This document shows positions 37,798 to 46,113 of a stretch of 64,000 nt of DNA, one piece after another. How positions within the stretch are numbered: position 1 is the stretch's first letter; the number at the start of each line of letters is the position of its first letter. The DNA lies in contig CATXXC010000003.1 of assembly GCA_958403385.1 (NCBI GenBank), positions 51,269 to 115,268 of the forward strand, read 5' to 3'. The stretch comes from an uncultured Collinsella sp. GTDB taxonomy: Bacteria > Actinomycetota > Coriobacteriia > Coriobacteriales > Coriobacteriaceae. Under the pieces are notes generated by a model. The model was not told the origin of the DNA. It did no database searches and worked only from the letters and a program-made list of their open reading frames with translations. Position numbers and translations under genes: made by a program.

Positions 37798-38787
37798 ATG
37801 GTAAGTATTGTTCTTGCTAGCCACGGGGACTTGGCAGCTGGAATCAAGCAGACGGGCTCGATGGTCTTTGGCGATCAGCCGTCTGTTGCCGTGGTCTCGC
37901 TCGAGCCGAGCATGGGCCCCGACGATTTCCGTGCCAAGGTCGAGGAAGCAGTCGCTTCCTTCGAGGACCAGGAGCAGGTGCTCTTCCTCGTTGATCTGTG
38001 GGGCGGCACGCCGTTCAACCAGATCAGCGGGCTCATCGAGGGCCATGATTCCTGGGCTATCGTCACCGGTGTCAACCTGCCTATGCTCATCGAGGCATAT
38101 TCGCAGCGCTTTGACGCAAAGAACACTGCACATGCGATCGCAAAACATCTCGTGACTGAGGCTAAGGCTGGCGTGCGCGTCAAGCCCGAGTCTCTGGAGC
38201 CCGAGGAGAAGAAGCCGGCTGCGGCCGCCGCTGCTCCTGCAGGCGCCATCCCTCCGGGAACGGTCATCGGCGATGGGCACATCAAGATCGCCCACGTCCG
38301 TATCGACACCCGTCTGCTTCATGGTCAGGTGGCCACCACGTGGACCAAGCAGATCAACCCCAACCGCATCATCGTGGTTTCCGACGGCGTTGCTCACGAC
38401 GAGCTCCGCAAGACCATGATCGAGCAGGCTGCCCCTCCGGGAGTCCATGCCAACGTCGTGCCCATCAAGAAGATGGCCGAGGTCGTCAAGGACACGCGCT
38501 TTGGTGACACCAAGGCCATGCTGCTCTTTGAGAACCCGCAGGATCTGCTCAAGGCCATCGAGGCCGGTGTCGACATCAAGGAAGTCAACATCGGTTCCAT
38601 GGCTCACTCCAAGGGCAAGGTCGTCGTCACCAACGCCGTCGCTATGGGCGATGATGACGTTAAGACTCTCGAGGCCCTCAAGGCCAAGGGCGTCAAGTTC
38701 GAGGTCCGCAAGGTTCCTTCGGATTCCTCCGAGGATCTCGACGCCATGTTGAAGAAAGCTAAGGCCGAACTGGCCGCTCAAGCATAG
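37798..38787 (+). CDS. manX: PTS mannose-family EIIAB (fused)
   Basis: IIA domain MVSIVLASHGDLAAG.., an Ala/Pro linker, and IIB domain IAHVRIDTRLLHGQVATTW. AAAGGAGG RBS. Confidence 0.93.
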   Translation: MVSIVLASHGDLAAGIKQTGSMVFGDQPSVAVVSLEPSMGPDDFRAKVEEAVASFEDQEQVLFLVDLWGGTPFNQISGLIEGHDSWAIVTGVNLPMLIEAYSQRFDAKNTAHAIAKHLVTEAKAGVRVKPESLEPEEKKPAAAAAAPAGAIPPGTVIGDGHIKIAHVRIDTRLLHGQVATTWTKQINPNRIIVVSDGVAHDELRKTMIEQAAPPGVHANVVPIKKMAEVVKDTRFGDTKAMLLFENPQDLLKAIEAGVDIKEVNIGSMAHSKGKVVVTNAVAMGDDDVKTLEALKAKGVKFEVRKVPSDSSEDLDAMLKKAKAELAAQA

Positions 38788-38805
38788 TAAAGGAGGGTCC
38801 GATAC

Positions 38806-39624
38806 ATGTCTGCAATCACTATTCTGCTTGTTGCGATTGTCGCGTTGCTTGCCGGTATGGAAGGCATTCTGGATGAGTTCCAGTTCCATCAGCCGCTCGT
38901 GGCATGCACGCTTATCGGTCTCGTAACCGGTCACCTTCAGGAGGGCATCCTCCTGGGCGGTTCGCTCCAGATGATGGCCCTTGGCTGGGCTAACGTCGGC
39001 GCCGCTGTCGCGCCTGACGCCGCTCTGGCCTCGGTCGCTTCTTCGATCATCATGGTGCTCGCCCTCAACGGTGGCGCCACCGATTCGGCCAAGGCCGTTA
39101 CCACCGCTATCGCCGTCGCCGTCCCACTGTCGGTCGCTGGTCTGTTCCTGACCATGATCTGCCGTACCATTGCTACCGCTATCGCTCACGCCATGGACGG
39201 TTGCGCCGAGAAGGGCGACTTCTCCGGCATCGAGCGCTGGCAGTATGCTGCCATCCTCATGCAGGGCCTTCGTATCGCCATCCCGGCAGTGCTTCTGTGC
39301 GTCATCCCGGCCGAGGCCGTTACCAACGCGCTTAACGCTATGCCCGACTGGCTGTCCGGCGGCATGGCTGTCGGCGGCGGCATGGTCGCTTCCGTCGGTT
39401 ACGCCATGGTCATCAACATGATGGCCACCAAGGAGACCTGGCCGTTCTTCGTCCTCGGCTTTGTCCTTGCTGCCATCCCTCAGCTCACGCTGATAGCCCT
39501 TGGTCTCATCGGCATCTCCCTTGCCCTCATCTACCTTGGCCTTAAGGATCTGGCCAAGCAGGGTGGCGGCATGGGCGGTGGCTCCGGCGACCCGCTCGGC
39601 GACATTCTGAACGATTACGAGTAG
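38806..39624 (+). CDS. manY: PTS mannose-family EIIC
   Basis: Hydrophobic 272-aa ManY/PTS_EIIC(Sor)-type sequence with a good RBS. Confidence 0.9.
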   Translation: MSAITILLVAIVALLAGMEGILDEFQFHQPLVACTLIGLVTGHLQEGILLGGSLQMMALGWANVGAAVAPDAALASVASSIIMVLALNGGATDSAKAVTTAIAVAVPLSVAGLFLTMICRTIATAIAHAMDGCAEKGDFSGIERWQYAAILMQGLRIAIPAVLLCVIPAEAVTNALNAMPDWLSGGMAVGGGMVASVGYAMVINMMATKETWPFFVLGFVLAAIPQLTLIALGLIGISLALIYLGLKDLAKQGGGMGGGSGDPLGDILNDYE

Positions 39625-39640
39625 GAGGGGAGTGATACAT

Positions 39641-40561
39641 ATGGCAGAGAACAAGATTCAGCTCACCAAGGCTGACCGCAAGAAGGTTTGCTTCCGTCAT
39701 CAGTTCCTTCAGGGCTCGTGGAACTACGAGCGCATGCAGAACGGCGGCTGGTGTTTCGCAATGATCCCTGCGATCAAGAAGCTCTACACCAGCAAGGATG
39801 ACCAGATTGCCGCTCTTAAGCGCCACCTGGAGTTCTATAACACCCACCCCTATGTTTCCGCCCCCGTCATTGGCGTTACCCTCGCCCTCGAGGAGGAGCG
39901 CGCCAACGGTGCTCCGATCGATGATGTCGCCATCCAGGGCGTCAAGGTCGGTATGATGGGCCCGCTCGCCGGCGTCGGTGACCCCGTCTTCTGGTTCACC
40001 CTTCGCCCGATTCTGGGCGCTCTGGGCGCTTCCCTGGCCATGTCCGGCAGCATCGTCGGTCCGCTGCTGTTCTTCTTCGCGTGGAACATCATCCGTTACG
40101 CTTTCCTGTGGTACACGCAGGAGTTTGGCTACAAGGTCGGCTCCTCCATCGCCAAGGACCTCTCCGGTGGTCTGATGGGCAAGGTCACCGAGGGCGCTTC
40201 CATCCTGGGTATGTTCATCATCGGCGCCCTGGTCGAGCGCTGGGTGTCCATTTCCTTCACCCCGATCGTCTCCACGGTCAAGCAGTCTGCTGGCGCCTTT
40301 ATCGACTGGGCTAACCTGCCCTCCGGTTCCGAGGGTATCAAGGAAGCGCTGACGATGTACAACTCCGTCGGTGCTACCGCCCTTGATCAGATGAAGGTCA
40401 CCACGCTCCAGGGTAACCTCGATCAGCTCATCCCCGGCCTTGCCGCCGTGTGCCTGACCCTGCTGGTCTGCAAGCTCCTCAAGAAGAAGGTTAGCCCGAT
40501 CGTCATCATCCTGGCTCTCTTCGCCGTCGGCATCATCGGTCGCTTCTGCGGCTTCATGTAA
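39641..40561 (+). CDS. manZ: PTS mannose-family EIID
   Basis: MAENKIQLTKADRKKVCFRHQFLQGSWNYERMQNGGW.. is a characteristic EIID N-terminus. Confidence 0.92.
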   Translation: MAENKIQLTKADRKKVCFRHQFLQGSWNYERMQNGGWCFAMIPAIKKLYTSKDDQIAALKRHLEFYNTHPYVSAPVIGVTLALEEERANGAPIDDVAIQGVKVGMMGPLAGVGDPVFWFTLRPILGALGASLAMSGSIVGPLLFFFAWNIIRYAFLWYTQEFGYKVGSSIAKDLSGGLMGKVTEGASILGMFIIGALVERWVSISFTPIVSTVKQSAGAFIDWANLPSGSEGIKEALTMYNSVGATALDQMKVTTLQGNLDQLIPGLAAVCLTLLVCKLLKKKVSPIVIILALFAVGIIGRFCGFM

Positions 40562-40681
40562 GCACGCTTCGGCTTAAGACCGAGAGTTGCTAGGTAAGGG
40601 CTTTTGAGCCATTGAAACGGACCGCACCCGGTGGGTACACTGGATGCGGTCCGATTGTTTTTATTGGAGGGCGAGGCGCGT

Positions 40682-41080
40682 ATGGCGCAATCTCAGAACA
40701 GCACGGTCGATCTGGCAACGCCGGCAACCTGCCTGATGGGGCTTACCAGCCACGGTAACGTGATGGTGGGCAATAAGGCGTTCGAGTACTATAACGAGCG
40801 CAATCCCGAGGATTATATTCAAATCCCGTGGGACGAGGTCGACTATATTGCCGCCGAGGTTTTGCGCGGCACCAAGAAGATTACGCGTTTTGCCATCTTC
40901 ACCAAGGACAACGGTCACTTTACGTTTTCGACGCGCGACGACAAAGAGACGCTTCGCGCGGTCCGCAAGTACGTCGACGAGGATAAGCTCGTGCGTTCGC
41001 CCGACTTTATCGATGTGACCGCCAAGGGCGCCAAGAGCATCCCCTCCGTCATCAAAAGCCTCTTCCACAAAGGCAACTAG
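40682..41080 (+). CDS. manO: DUF956-family protein (ManO-like, commonly follows manXYZ)
   Basis: MAQSQNSTVDL...GNKAFEYYNERNPEDYIQIPWDEVDYIAAEV. Call rests on position and pattern memory. Confidence 0.65.
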   Translation: MAQSQNSTVDLATPATCLMGLTSHGNVMVGNKAFEYYNERNPEDYIQIPWDEVDYIAAEVLRGTKKITRFAIFTKDNGHFTFSTRDDKETLRAVRKYVDEDKLVRSPDFIDVTAKGAKSIPSVIKSLFHKGN

Positions 41081-41088
41081 CTCCTCAT

Positions 41089-41156
41089 AAGTTGCAGTGA
41101 AATAGTTTCTAAATACGGCTTTAGATGCTTCAGACAGGAACTATTCCACCGCAACT
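41089..41156. repeat. 68-bp palindromic intergenic element, copy 3
   Basis: aagttgcagtgaaatag...ctattccaccgcaact, starting 9 nt after the manO stop. Its interior resembles copy 2. Confidence 0.9.
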
Positions 41157-41215
41157 TCGAAGTCTAGTCATGCGACGTATGGCGATGCAGTAAATCTGCT
41201 ACACTAGTACAACAT

Positions 41216-41291
41216 GCCTCCGTAGCTCAGGGGATAGAGCACCGCTCTCCTAAAGCGGGTGTCGACGGTTCGAATCCGCCCGGGGGCACCA
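41216..41291 (+). tRNA. tRNA-Arg (anticodon CCT)
   Basis: GCCTCCG acceptor stem pairing with CGGGGGC, D-arm GCTCAGGGGATAGAGC, anticodon stem-loop CCGCT-CTCCTAA-AGCGG, TTCGAAT T-loop, and encoded CCA. One A-C mismatch in the T stem. Confidence 0.9.
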
Positions 41292-41380
41292 AGGAATATG
41301 ACGGCGTCGCGGGAGCGGCGCCGTTTCTGGTTTGCGGGGGCCGCCGTGCTGCTCGCCCGTGGGGGACTGGCATCTGTTTC

Positions 41381-42581
41381 CTAGAGTGCGCTGCGGTAAA
41401 TCTTTCTCGCGTTGTCCAGCGTGAGCTTCCTGAAGCTGCCGAAGAGCTCTCCGCGGTTGATCTTGAGGCCCGGAATCATCTTTTCGATATCGTCCTCGGT
41501 GACTCCGAACTCCGATAGCGCGCGCGGCATTCCCAGCGAGACGAAGAAATCCTGCAGCTCGTCGATGGTCGCTTCGACCGCGTACTCGATTGCCTGCTCG
41601 GGGGTTACCTCCACATCGAGCTCGTCCGCGTCCGAATCGATGGGTTCGATGCCAAGGGCCTGGGCGCTGAACTCCAGGAAGCGCTCAGGGTGCTCTCGCC
41701 ATACGTAGCGCATCCAGGCGGGGAAGATGACGGCGAGGCCGGCGCCGTGCGTGATCTTGGTGTCCAGTGCGGATAGCTCGTGCTCAAGGCCGCGGCAGGT
41801 CCAATCGCCGTCGCGCAGGGCGTTATGGGCGAGCGTACCCACCCACATGATCTCGGCGCGGGCGTCGTAGTCATCGGGGTTCTCCATCACCTTGGGCGCC
41901 GCCTCCCTCGCGGCGCGCACTAGCCCGCAGGCGATGTTGTCGGTTACGCCCACGGCGGGCTCGCCGGAGAAGAGTCGCTCCATGATATGGGCGATCATGT
42001 CGGTCACTCCCGCGGCGGTCTGGCAGGCGGGCAGGCTGAAGGTCAGCTCCGGGTCGAGGAAGGCGATGGCCGGGCGGTTGAGGTCCGTGTTAATGCTGCA
42101 TTTGAGGTGCTCCTCGTCGTTGCTGATAACGCAGGAGTTAGAGGCCTCGGAACCGGATGCGGGGATGGTCACCACGCAGGCGACGTCGATGCGGTCGGCG
42201 GGAACGGCGCGCTTGCGGAAGAAGTCCCATACGTCGCCGTCGTATACCGCCCCAGTGCGATGGCCTTCGCGCAGTCCATGACGGAGCCGCCGCCCACGGG
42301 CAGGATGATGTCGGCGTCGTTTGCCCGTGCGAGCTCGACGCCTTCTCGTGCCAAGCCTATTTCGGGGTTTGGACGCACCCCTCCAAGCCCGATGTGCTCC
42401 ACGCCCGCGGCATCGAGCGATGCCCTCACGCGGACGAGCGTTCCGCAGCGAACTGCGGAACCCCTGCCGTAGACAATGAGCGCTCAGCGGTAGCCGGAGG
42501 CGGACAGAGTCCCCCAACCTTGTCGGTCGCTTTTCGCCCAAAGACAAAGCGGGTGGGGGAGTAGAAGGAGAAATCGTTCAT
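41381..42581 (-). pseudogene. Iron-containing alcohol dehydrogenase (butanol dehydrogenase/YqhD-like), frameshifted
   Basis: Three frames are needed: MNDFSFYSPTRFVFGRKATDKVGG (from 42581); LDAAGVEHIGLGGVRPNPEIGLAREGVELARANDADIILPVGGGSVMDCAKAIALG; then AVYDGDVWDFF..TIPASGSEASN..THGAGLAVIFPAW.. to the stop at 41381. The 1201-nt span is not a multiple of 3. Confidence 0.8.
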
Positions 42582-43057
42582 GGAGCTCCAATCTGGCGTT
42601 TCGCCCTACATGCGCGGAGGAGTTTTTCGGGCGCATCGCCTGCGTTCGCGTCGCAATCTCGGCGGCGCGGTGCGGTCCGTGGATTCCATCGTATCGCCCG
42701 CGGCACCCCTTACCGACGATTGAGGCGAGTCTGCATTTCGCGGCGCGACGTCCACCTGGCGGACGATATCCGTTCGCGACACGTGGCCGTCCCGGTCGCA
42801 ATAGCGTATGCGCACCGGGTTGCCGAGATGGGCCTGCGACCCCTTCTCCTGATGCGAGCGCGCGAGACGGGCGAGCAGCGGCGCGAGCACCTGCTCGACC
42901 GTCTCCTCCCGATACCACGCCGCCACGGGCAACCCGTTCACGTCAAACCCGTACGTTCGCCATGCCATTCGCCTCGCCGCCTTCGCCGAACGAAACCGCG
43001 TATCCAGACCGCCGGTCCCCCACCCAGCACTTCGACGAGCCTTCGCGCTCACTTCTG

Positions 43058-43283
43058 CGGTCGGGATGCGCCCGCGAGGCGCTCGGCAGGCAGCGCCATT
43101 TCCGCTCGCTGTGTCGAGCGCGAGTGTCGAGAAGTCGCCATATGCCACTCAGATGTAGCATGGAGTGCCGAAGTGCACGCGCCCGTGACGAAACACTGGC
43201 GCCAACCCGTTCCGCGCACCACCCCGCCCGTAAGGTGTGTGGCGAAAGGAGGACCAGCCGCATGAACATCCCCGAGACACAGA
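43058..43283 (+). repeat. Direct repeat A, copy 1 (regulator upstream region + first 8 codons); partner at 47896-48120
   Basis: Aligned by eye, roughly nine in ten positions match, including the GAAAGGAGGA RBS and ATGAACATCCCCGAGACACAGA. Confidence 0.85.
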
Positions 43284-43452
43284 GCCTACCTCGATCGCAT
43301 TCCGCACGAGCTTCTCTGACATTTCCGCCCATTACCACGTGGAGGTCCCCGTCGCGGAGATCGCCTACGCATACGACTACATCAATTCCCGGCATGCCCC
43401 GCGCAGGCAGGCCACGCTGAACGACGGGTCCGCGGCCCGGCAGGACGAATGA
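43262..43452 (+). pseudogene. Remnant of a LevR-like regulator gene (internal ~2.5-kb deletion, out of frame)
   Basis: MNIPETQ (identical to the 48099 gene) joins to the last ~50 codons (AFRTSFSDISAHYHVEVPVAEIAYAYDYINSRHAPRRQA..) in a different frame. The junction gatcGCAT|tccgcacgag shows GCAT microhomology. There is also an 11-nt deletion relative to the intact copy. Confidence 0.85.
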
Positions 43453-43528
43453 CGCGCTTCGGCACAGGCCATGCCGAAACGCGTCACGCAAGCAAAGGAA
43501 GGAAGCCAACATCACATGAGCATCATCG
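43301..43528 (+). repeat. Direct repeat B, copy 1 (regulator 3' end + intergenic + first codons of EIIB); partner at 50701-50900
   Basis: 43301-43417 is identical to 50701-50817 (117 nt), then mismatches are scattered. Copy 2 lacks the ~28-nt hairpin and has ACG in place of the EIIB ATG. Confidence 0.9.
43451..43485 (+). promoter_or_regulatory. 14-bp-stem hairpin containing a GGCAC-N5-aTGC (-24/-12-like) string, ahead of the lev-like PTS operon
   Basis: gacgcgcttcggca-caggcca-tgccgaaacgcgtc; GG at 43461-62 and GC at 43473-74. It could be a terminator or attenuator rather than a promoter. Confidence 0.35.
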
Positions 43529-44004
43529 CAGCACGCATCGACAACCGCCTGCTACACGGCATAGTGGCAACCCAGTGGGTACCCGAGTTCCGTCCGCAGC
43601 GTCTCATGGTCATCGATGACATCGTCGCCAACGACCCGACCAAGAAGGCCGCCATGCGGATGGCAAAGCCCTCGGGAGTCGCCCTCTCCATTATCAACAA
43701 GGAGACGGCTCTCACGAACTATCGGGCGGGCAAGTACGACGACCACACGGTCTTCATCGTGGCGCGAGACCCCCAGACCATCCTCGACGTCATACAGACG
43801 GGCCAGGTTGTTCCCACACTCGTGGTCGGAGGCACAGTCTTTCCCGAAGAGGGGTCAGACGCCGTCCAGGTGAGCAGTCGCGCCTACGTCACCAAAGACG
43901 AGCTGCCCGCATATCGAGCGATTGCTGGCACCGGCTGCGACATCACCGTTCGCTATGTGCCGGCCGACAAGCCCGTAGAGCTCTCCAGCATCATCACGCT
44001 TTAG
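43516..44004 (+). CDS. levE: PTS mannose/fructose/sorbose-family EIIB
   Basis: MSIIAARIDNRLLHGIVATQW.. (phospho-His motif); AAGGAAGG RBS. Confidence 0.9.
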   Translation: MSIIAARIDNRLLHGIVATQWVPEFRPQRLMVIDDIVANDPTKKAAMRMAKPSGVALSIINKETALTNYRAGKYDDHTVFIVARDPQTILDVIQTGQVVPTLVVGGTVFPEEGSDAVQVSSRAYVTKDELPAYRAIAGTGCDITVRYVPADKPVELSSIITL

Positions 44005-44019
44005 CAAGGGAGTGAACTT

Positions 44020-44793
44020 ATGACACCATCCATCATCCAGATAGCCGTCGTTACACTCATCGCCTTCATCTACGGAGCCGAGAAGAACGCGGGACAAATT
44101 CTCACGAACATGTCCGTCACGCCAGCATGGTTCGTCGGACTTGCGCTCGGCGACCCCGTAACCGGCCTCGCCGTCGGCGCCATCGTCCAACTCATGAGCC
44201 TGGGCGTGGCGGCCATGGGAGGAGCCTCCGTCCCCGACTATCCCACTGCCGCCATCATTGGCGCCGTCGTTGCCATCACCTCGGGTCAGGAGGCGAGCGT
44301 CGGCGTTGCCGCCGGAATCGCAGTCGGCATGCTCGGCCTTCAGCTCGACGTCATCGCCAAGACGGCAAACGGCTTCCTCGGGCGTACCTCGCAGCGCTTT
44401 GCCGAAGAGGGCAAGTACTCGCAGATGAAGAGCGTACTTTTCCTCGGTCCGGTCTTCTATGGCCTTACGGCGGCCATCCCCACGTTTGCCGTACTGCTCT
44501 TTGGCGCCGATGCCGTCAACGCTTTCCTCTCCGTCATGCCCTCCTGGTTCACGACCGGCCTCTCCATCGCCGCCGGTATCCTCCCCGTCGTCGGCCTTGC
44601 GATGCTTCTGTCCTTCATGCCAATGAAGAAATTCATCGCCTACGCCATCGTTGGCTTCGTTCTGGCCGCCTACCTGCAGATAAGCATTCTCCCCATTGCC
44701 CTGCTCGGTGCCGCCGCGGCCATCGAGTACTACAAGTCGCACAGCAATCCGTCCGTAAACGCCCTCGACGCTGGAGGTCTGGAAGATGAGTAA
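44020..44793 (+). CDS. levF: PTS mannose/fructose/sorbose-family EIIC
   Basis: 257-aa hydrophobic EIIC(Sor)-type sequence. Confidence 0.88.
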   Translation: MTPSIIQIAVVTLIAFIYGAEKNAGQILTNMSVTPAWFVGLALGDPVTGLAVGAIVQLMSLGVAAMGGASVPDYPTAAIIGAVVAITSGQEASVGVAAGIAVGMLGLQLDVIAKTANGFLGRTSQRFAEEGKYSQMKSVLFLGPVFYGLTAAIPTFAVLLFGADAVNAFLSVMPSWFTTGLSIAAGILPVVGLAMLLSFMPMKKFIAYAIVGFVLAAYLQISILPIALLGAAAAIEYYKSHSNPSVNALDAGGLEDE

Positions 44794-45646
44794 CGAAGTT
44801 AACGCCACCAAGGCAAACGAAGCGCCAACCCGCCTGGCAGACGGAACGTACCAGCCAGTCCTCACCGTTTCCGATCTCGACCGTTGCGGCCGCCGCTGGA
44901 TGCTCGGCGCGTCCATCTATAACTATGAGTCCCAGTGTGCCCCGGCGGTCATGTTCGCAACCGAACCCGCCCTGCGCAAGATCTATGCAGGAGACGAGGA
45001 GGGCTACCGCAGGTCACTTCTGAGCACCTATCGCTATTACAATGCGACTCCCCAGGTAAGCGGCCTGCTCCTCGGCGCCGGCCTAGCCTTGGAGGACAAG
45101 GGGCACAATGACGCCATCGACGCGGTCCAAGACCTTAAGATTGGCCTCATGGGCTCCCTCTCAGGAGTCGGCGATACGATCTTCGCCATCCTCATTCCCA
45201 CCATCTTCGGCTCCATCGCCGCCTACATGGGACAGGCGGGAAACCCCGTCGGCGTGCTTCTCTGGCTCGCCGTCGCCATCGCCATCTTCGTATGGAAGCT
45301 CTTTGACTGGCGCATAGGCTATAAGTTCGGCGACAAGCTCTTCACGACCCTTGCCGAGAAGATGTCCGTTTTCACCGAGTCGACGTCGGCACTTGGCATG
45401 ATGGTCGTCGGTGCGCTCATCCCCACCGTCATCAAGGTCTCGTGTGGTCTCACGTTCACCATGGGTGACGTCACGCTCGACGTCCAGACGGGCATCCTCG
45501 ACCAAATCATGGTCGGCATGCTGCCCGTAATAGCCACAGCCATCGTCTACGCCCTCGTCAAGCGCAAGGTCAGCATCAACAAGATTGTCCTCGGCATCCT
45601 CATCATCTCGTGGGTGTGCGCGGCTTTCGGCATTCTTGCTGCCTAG
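44786..45646 (+). CDS. levG: PTS mannose/fructose/sorbose-family EIID
   Basis: EIID-type sequence (..RRWMLGASIYNYESQCAPAVMFA..). Overlaps the EIIC stop. Confidence 0.88.
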   Translation: MSNEVNATKANEAPTRLADGTYQPVLTVSDLDRCGRRWMLGASIYNYESQCAPAVMFATEPALRKIYAGDEEGYRRSLLSTYRYYNATPQVSGLLLGAGLALEDKGHNDAIDAVQDLKIGLMGSLSGVGDTIFAILIPTIFGSIAAYMGQAGNPVGVLLWLAVAIAIFVWKLFDWRIGYKFGDKLFTTLAEKMSVFTESTSALGMMVVGALIPTVIKVSCGLTFTMGDVTLDVQTGILDQIMVGMLPVIATAIVYALVKRKVSINKIVLGILIISWVCAAFGILAA

Positions 45647-45679
45647 CCTAGGGCTAGACCAACCCACAAAGGACGCATT

Positions 45680-46084
45680 ATGAGGCACATCATCATTGCA
45701 TCGCACTACGGCCTGGCAGCCGGACTCGGAGACACGCTCAAGGCCATCATAGGACCGGGGCACGACATCAGGGTTGTCTGCGCGTTTACAGACGAAACCC
45801 CGCTCGAGGAGAAGCTCGCCAGCGCATTCGAGGGCATCGCCGAAGATGACGAGACCCTCGTTCTCACCGACATCCTTCAGGGCAGCGTAAACCAGCTCGT
45901 AGCCTGCTCGGCTCCGCGAGGCGCGTTCATAGTGACCGGCGTAAACCTTCCCGTGGCCCTCGAGCTCTCGCTCCACGCCGGACAGCTTACTCCCGATGTG
46001 GTGAGGCATGTCGTCACCCAAGCCAAAGAGCAGCTCGTCTACCTCGGAGATCTTACTCCGGACGTTGACGAAGAAGACGAATAG
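45680..46084 (+). CDS. levD: PTS mannose-family EIIA
   Basis: MRHIIIASHYGLAAGLGDTLKAIIG.. (EIIA-Man His motif). Confidence 0.85.
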   Translation: MRHIIIASHYGLAAGLGDTLKAIIGPGHDIRVVCAFTDETPLEEKLASAFEGIAEDDETLVLTDILQGSVNQLVACSAPRGAFIVTGVNLPVALELSLHAGQLTPDVVRHVVTQAKEQLVYLGDLTPDVDEEDE

Positions 46085-46113
46085 GAAAGACGCGACAGTA
46101 AGGAGGACGAGAC

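Noticed and set aside
37744-39654. 636-aa minus-strand ORF opposite manX-manY
   Set aside because: It is antisense to two PTS genes that have good RBSs and family motifs. It has no plausible start context or domains.
28761-41156. Whether the three 68-bp repeats could be a CRISPR array or its remnant
   Set aside because: The copies are 8.6 and 3.7 kb apart, are internally palindromic over their full length, and are separated by ordinary genes. No cas genes are present. They are dispersed REP/MITE-like elements.
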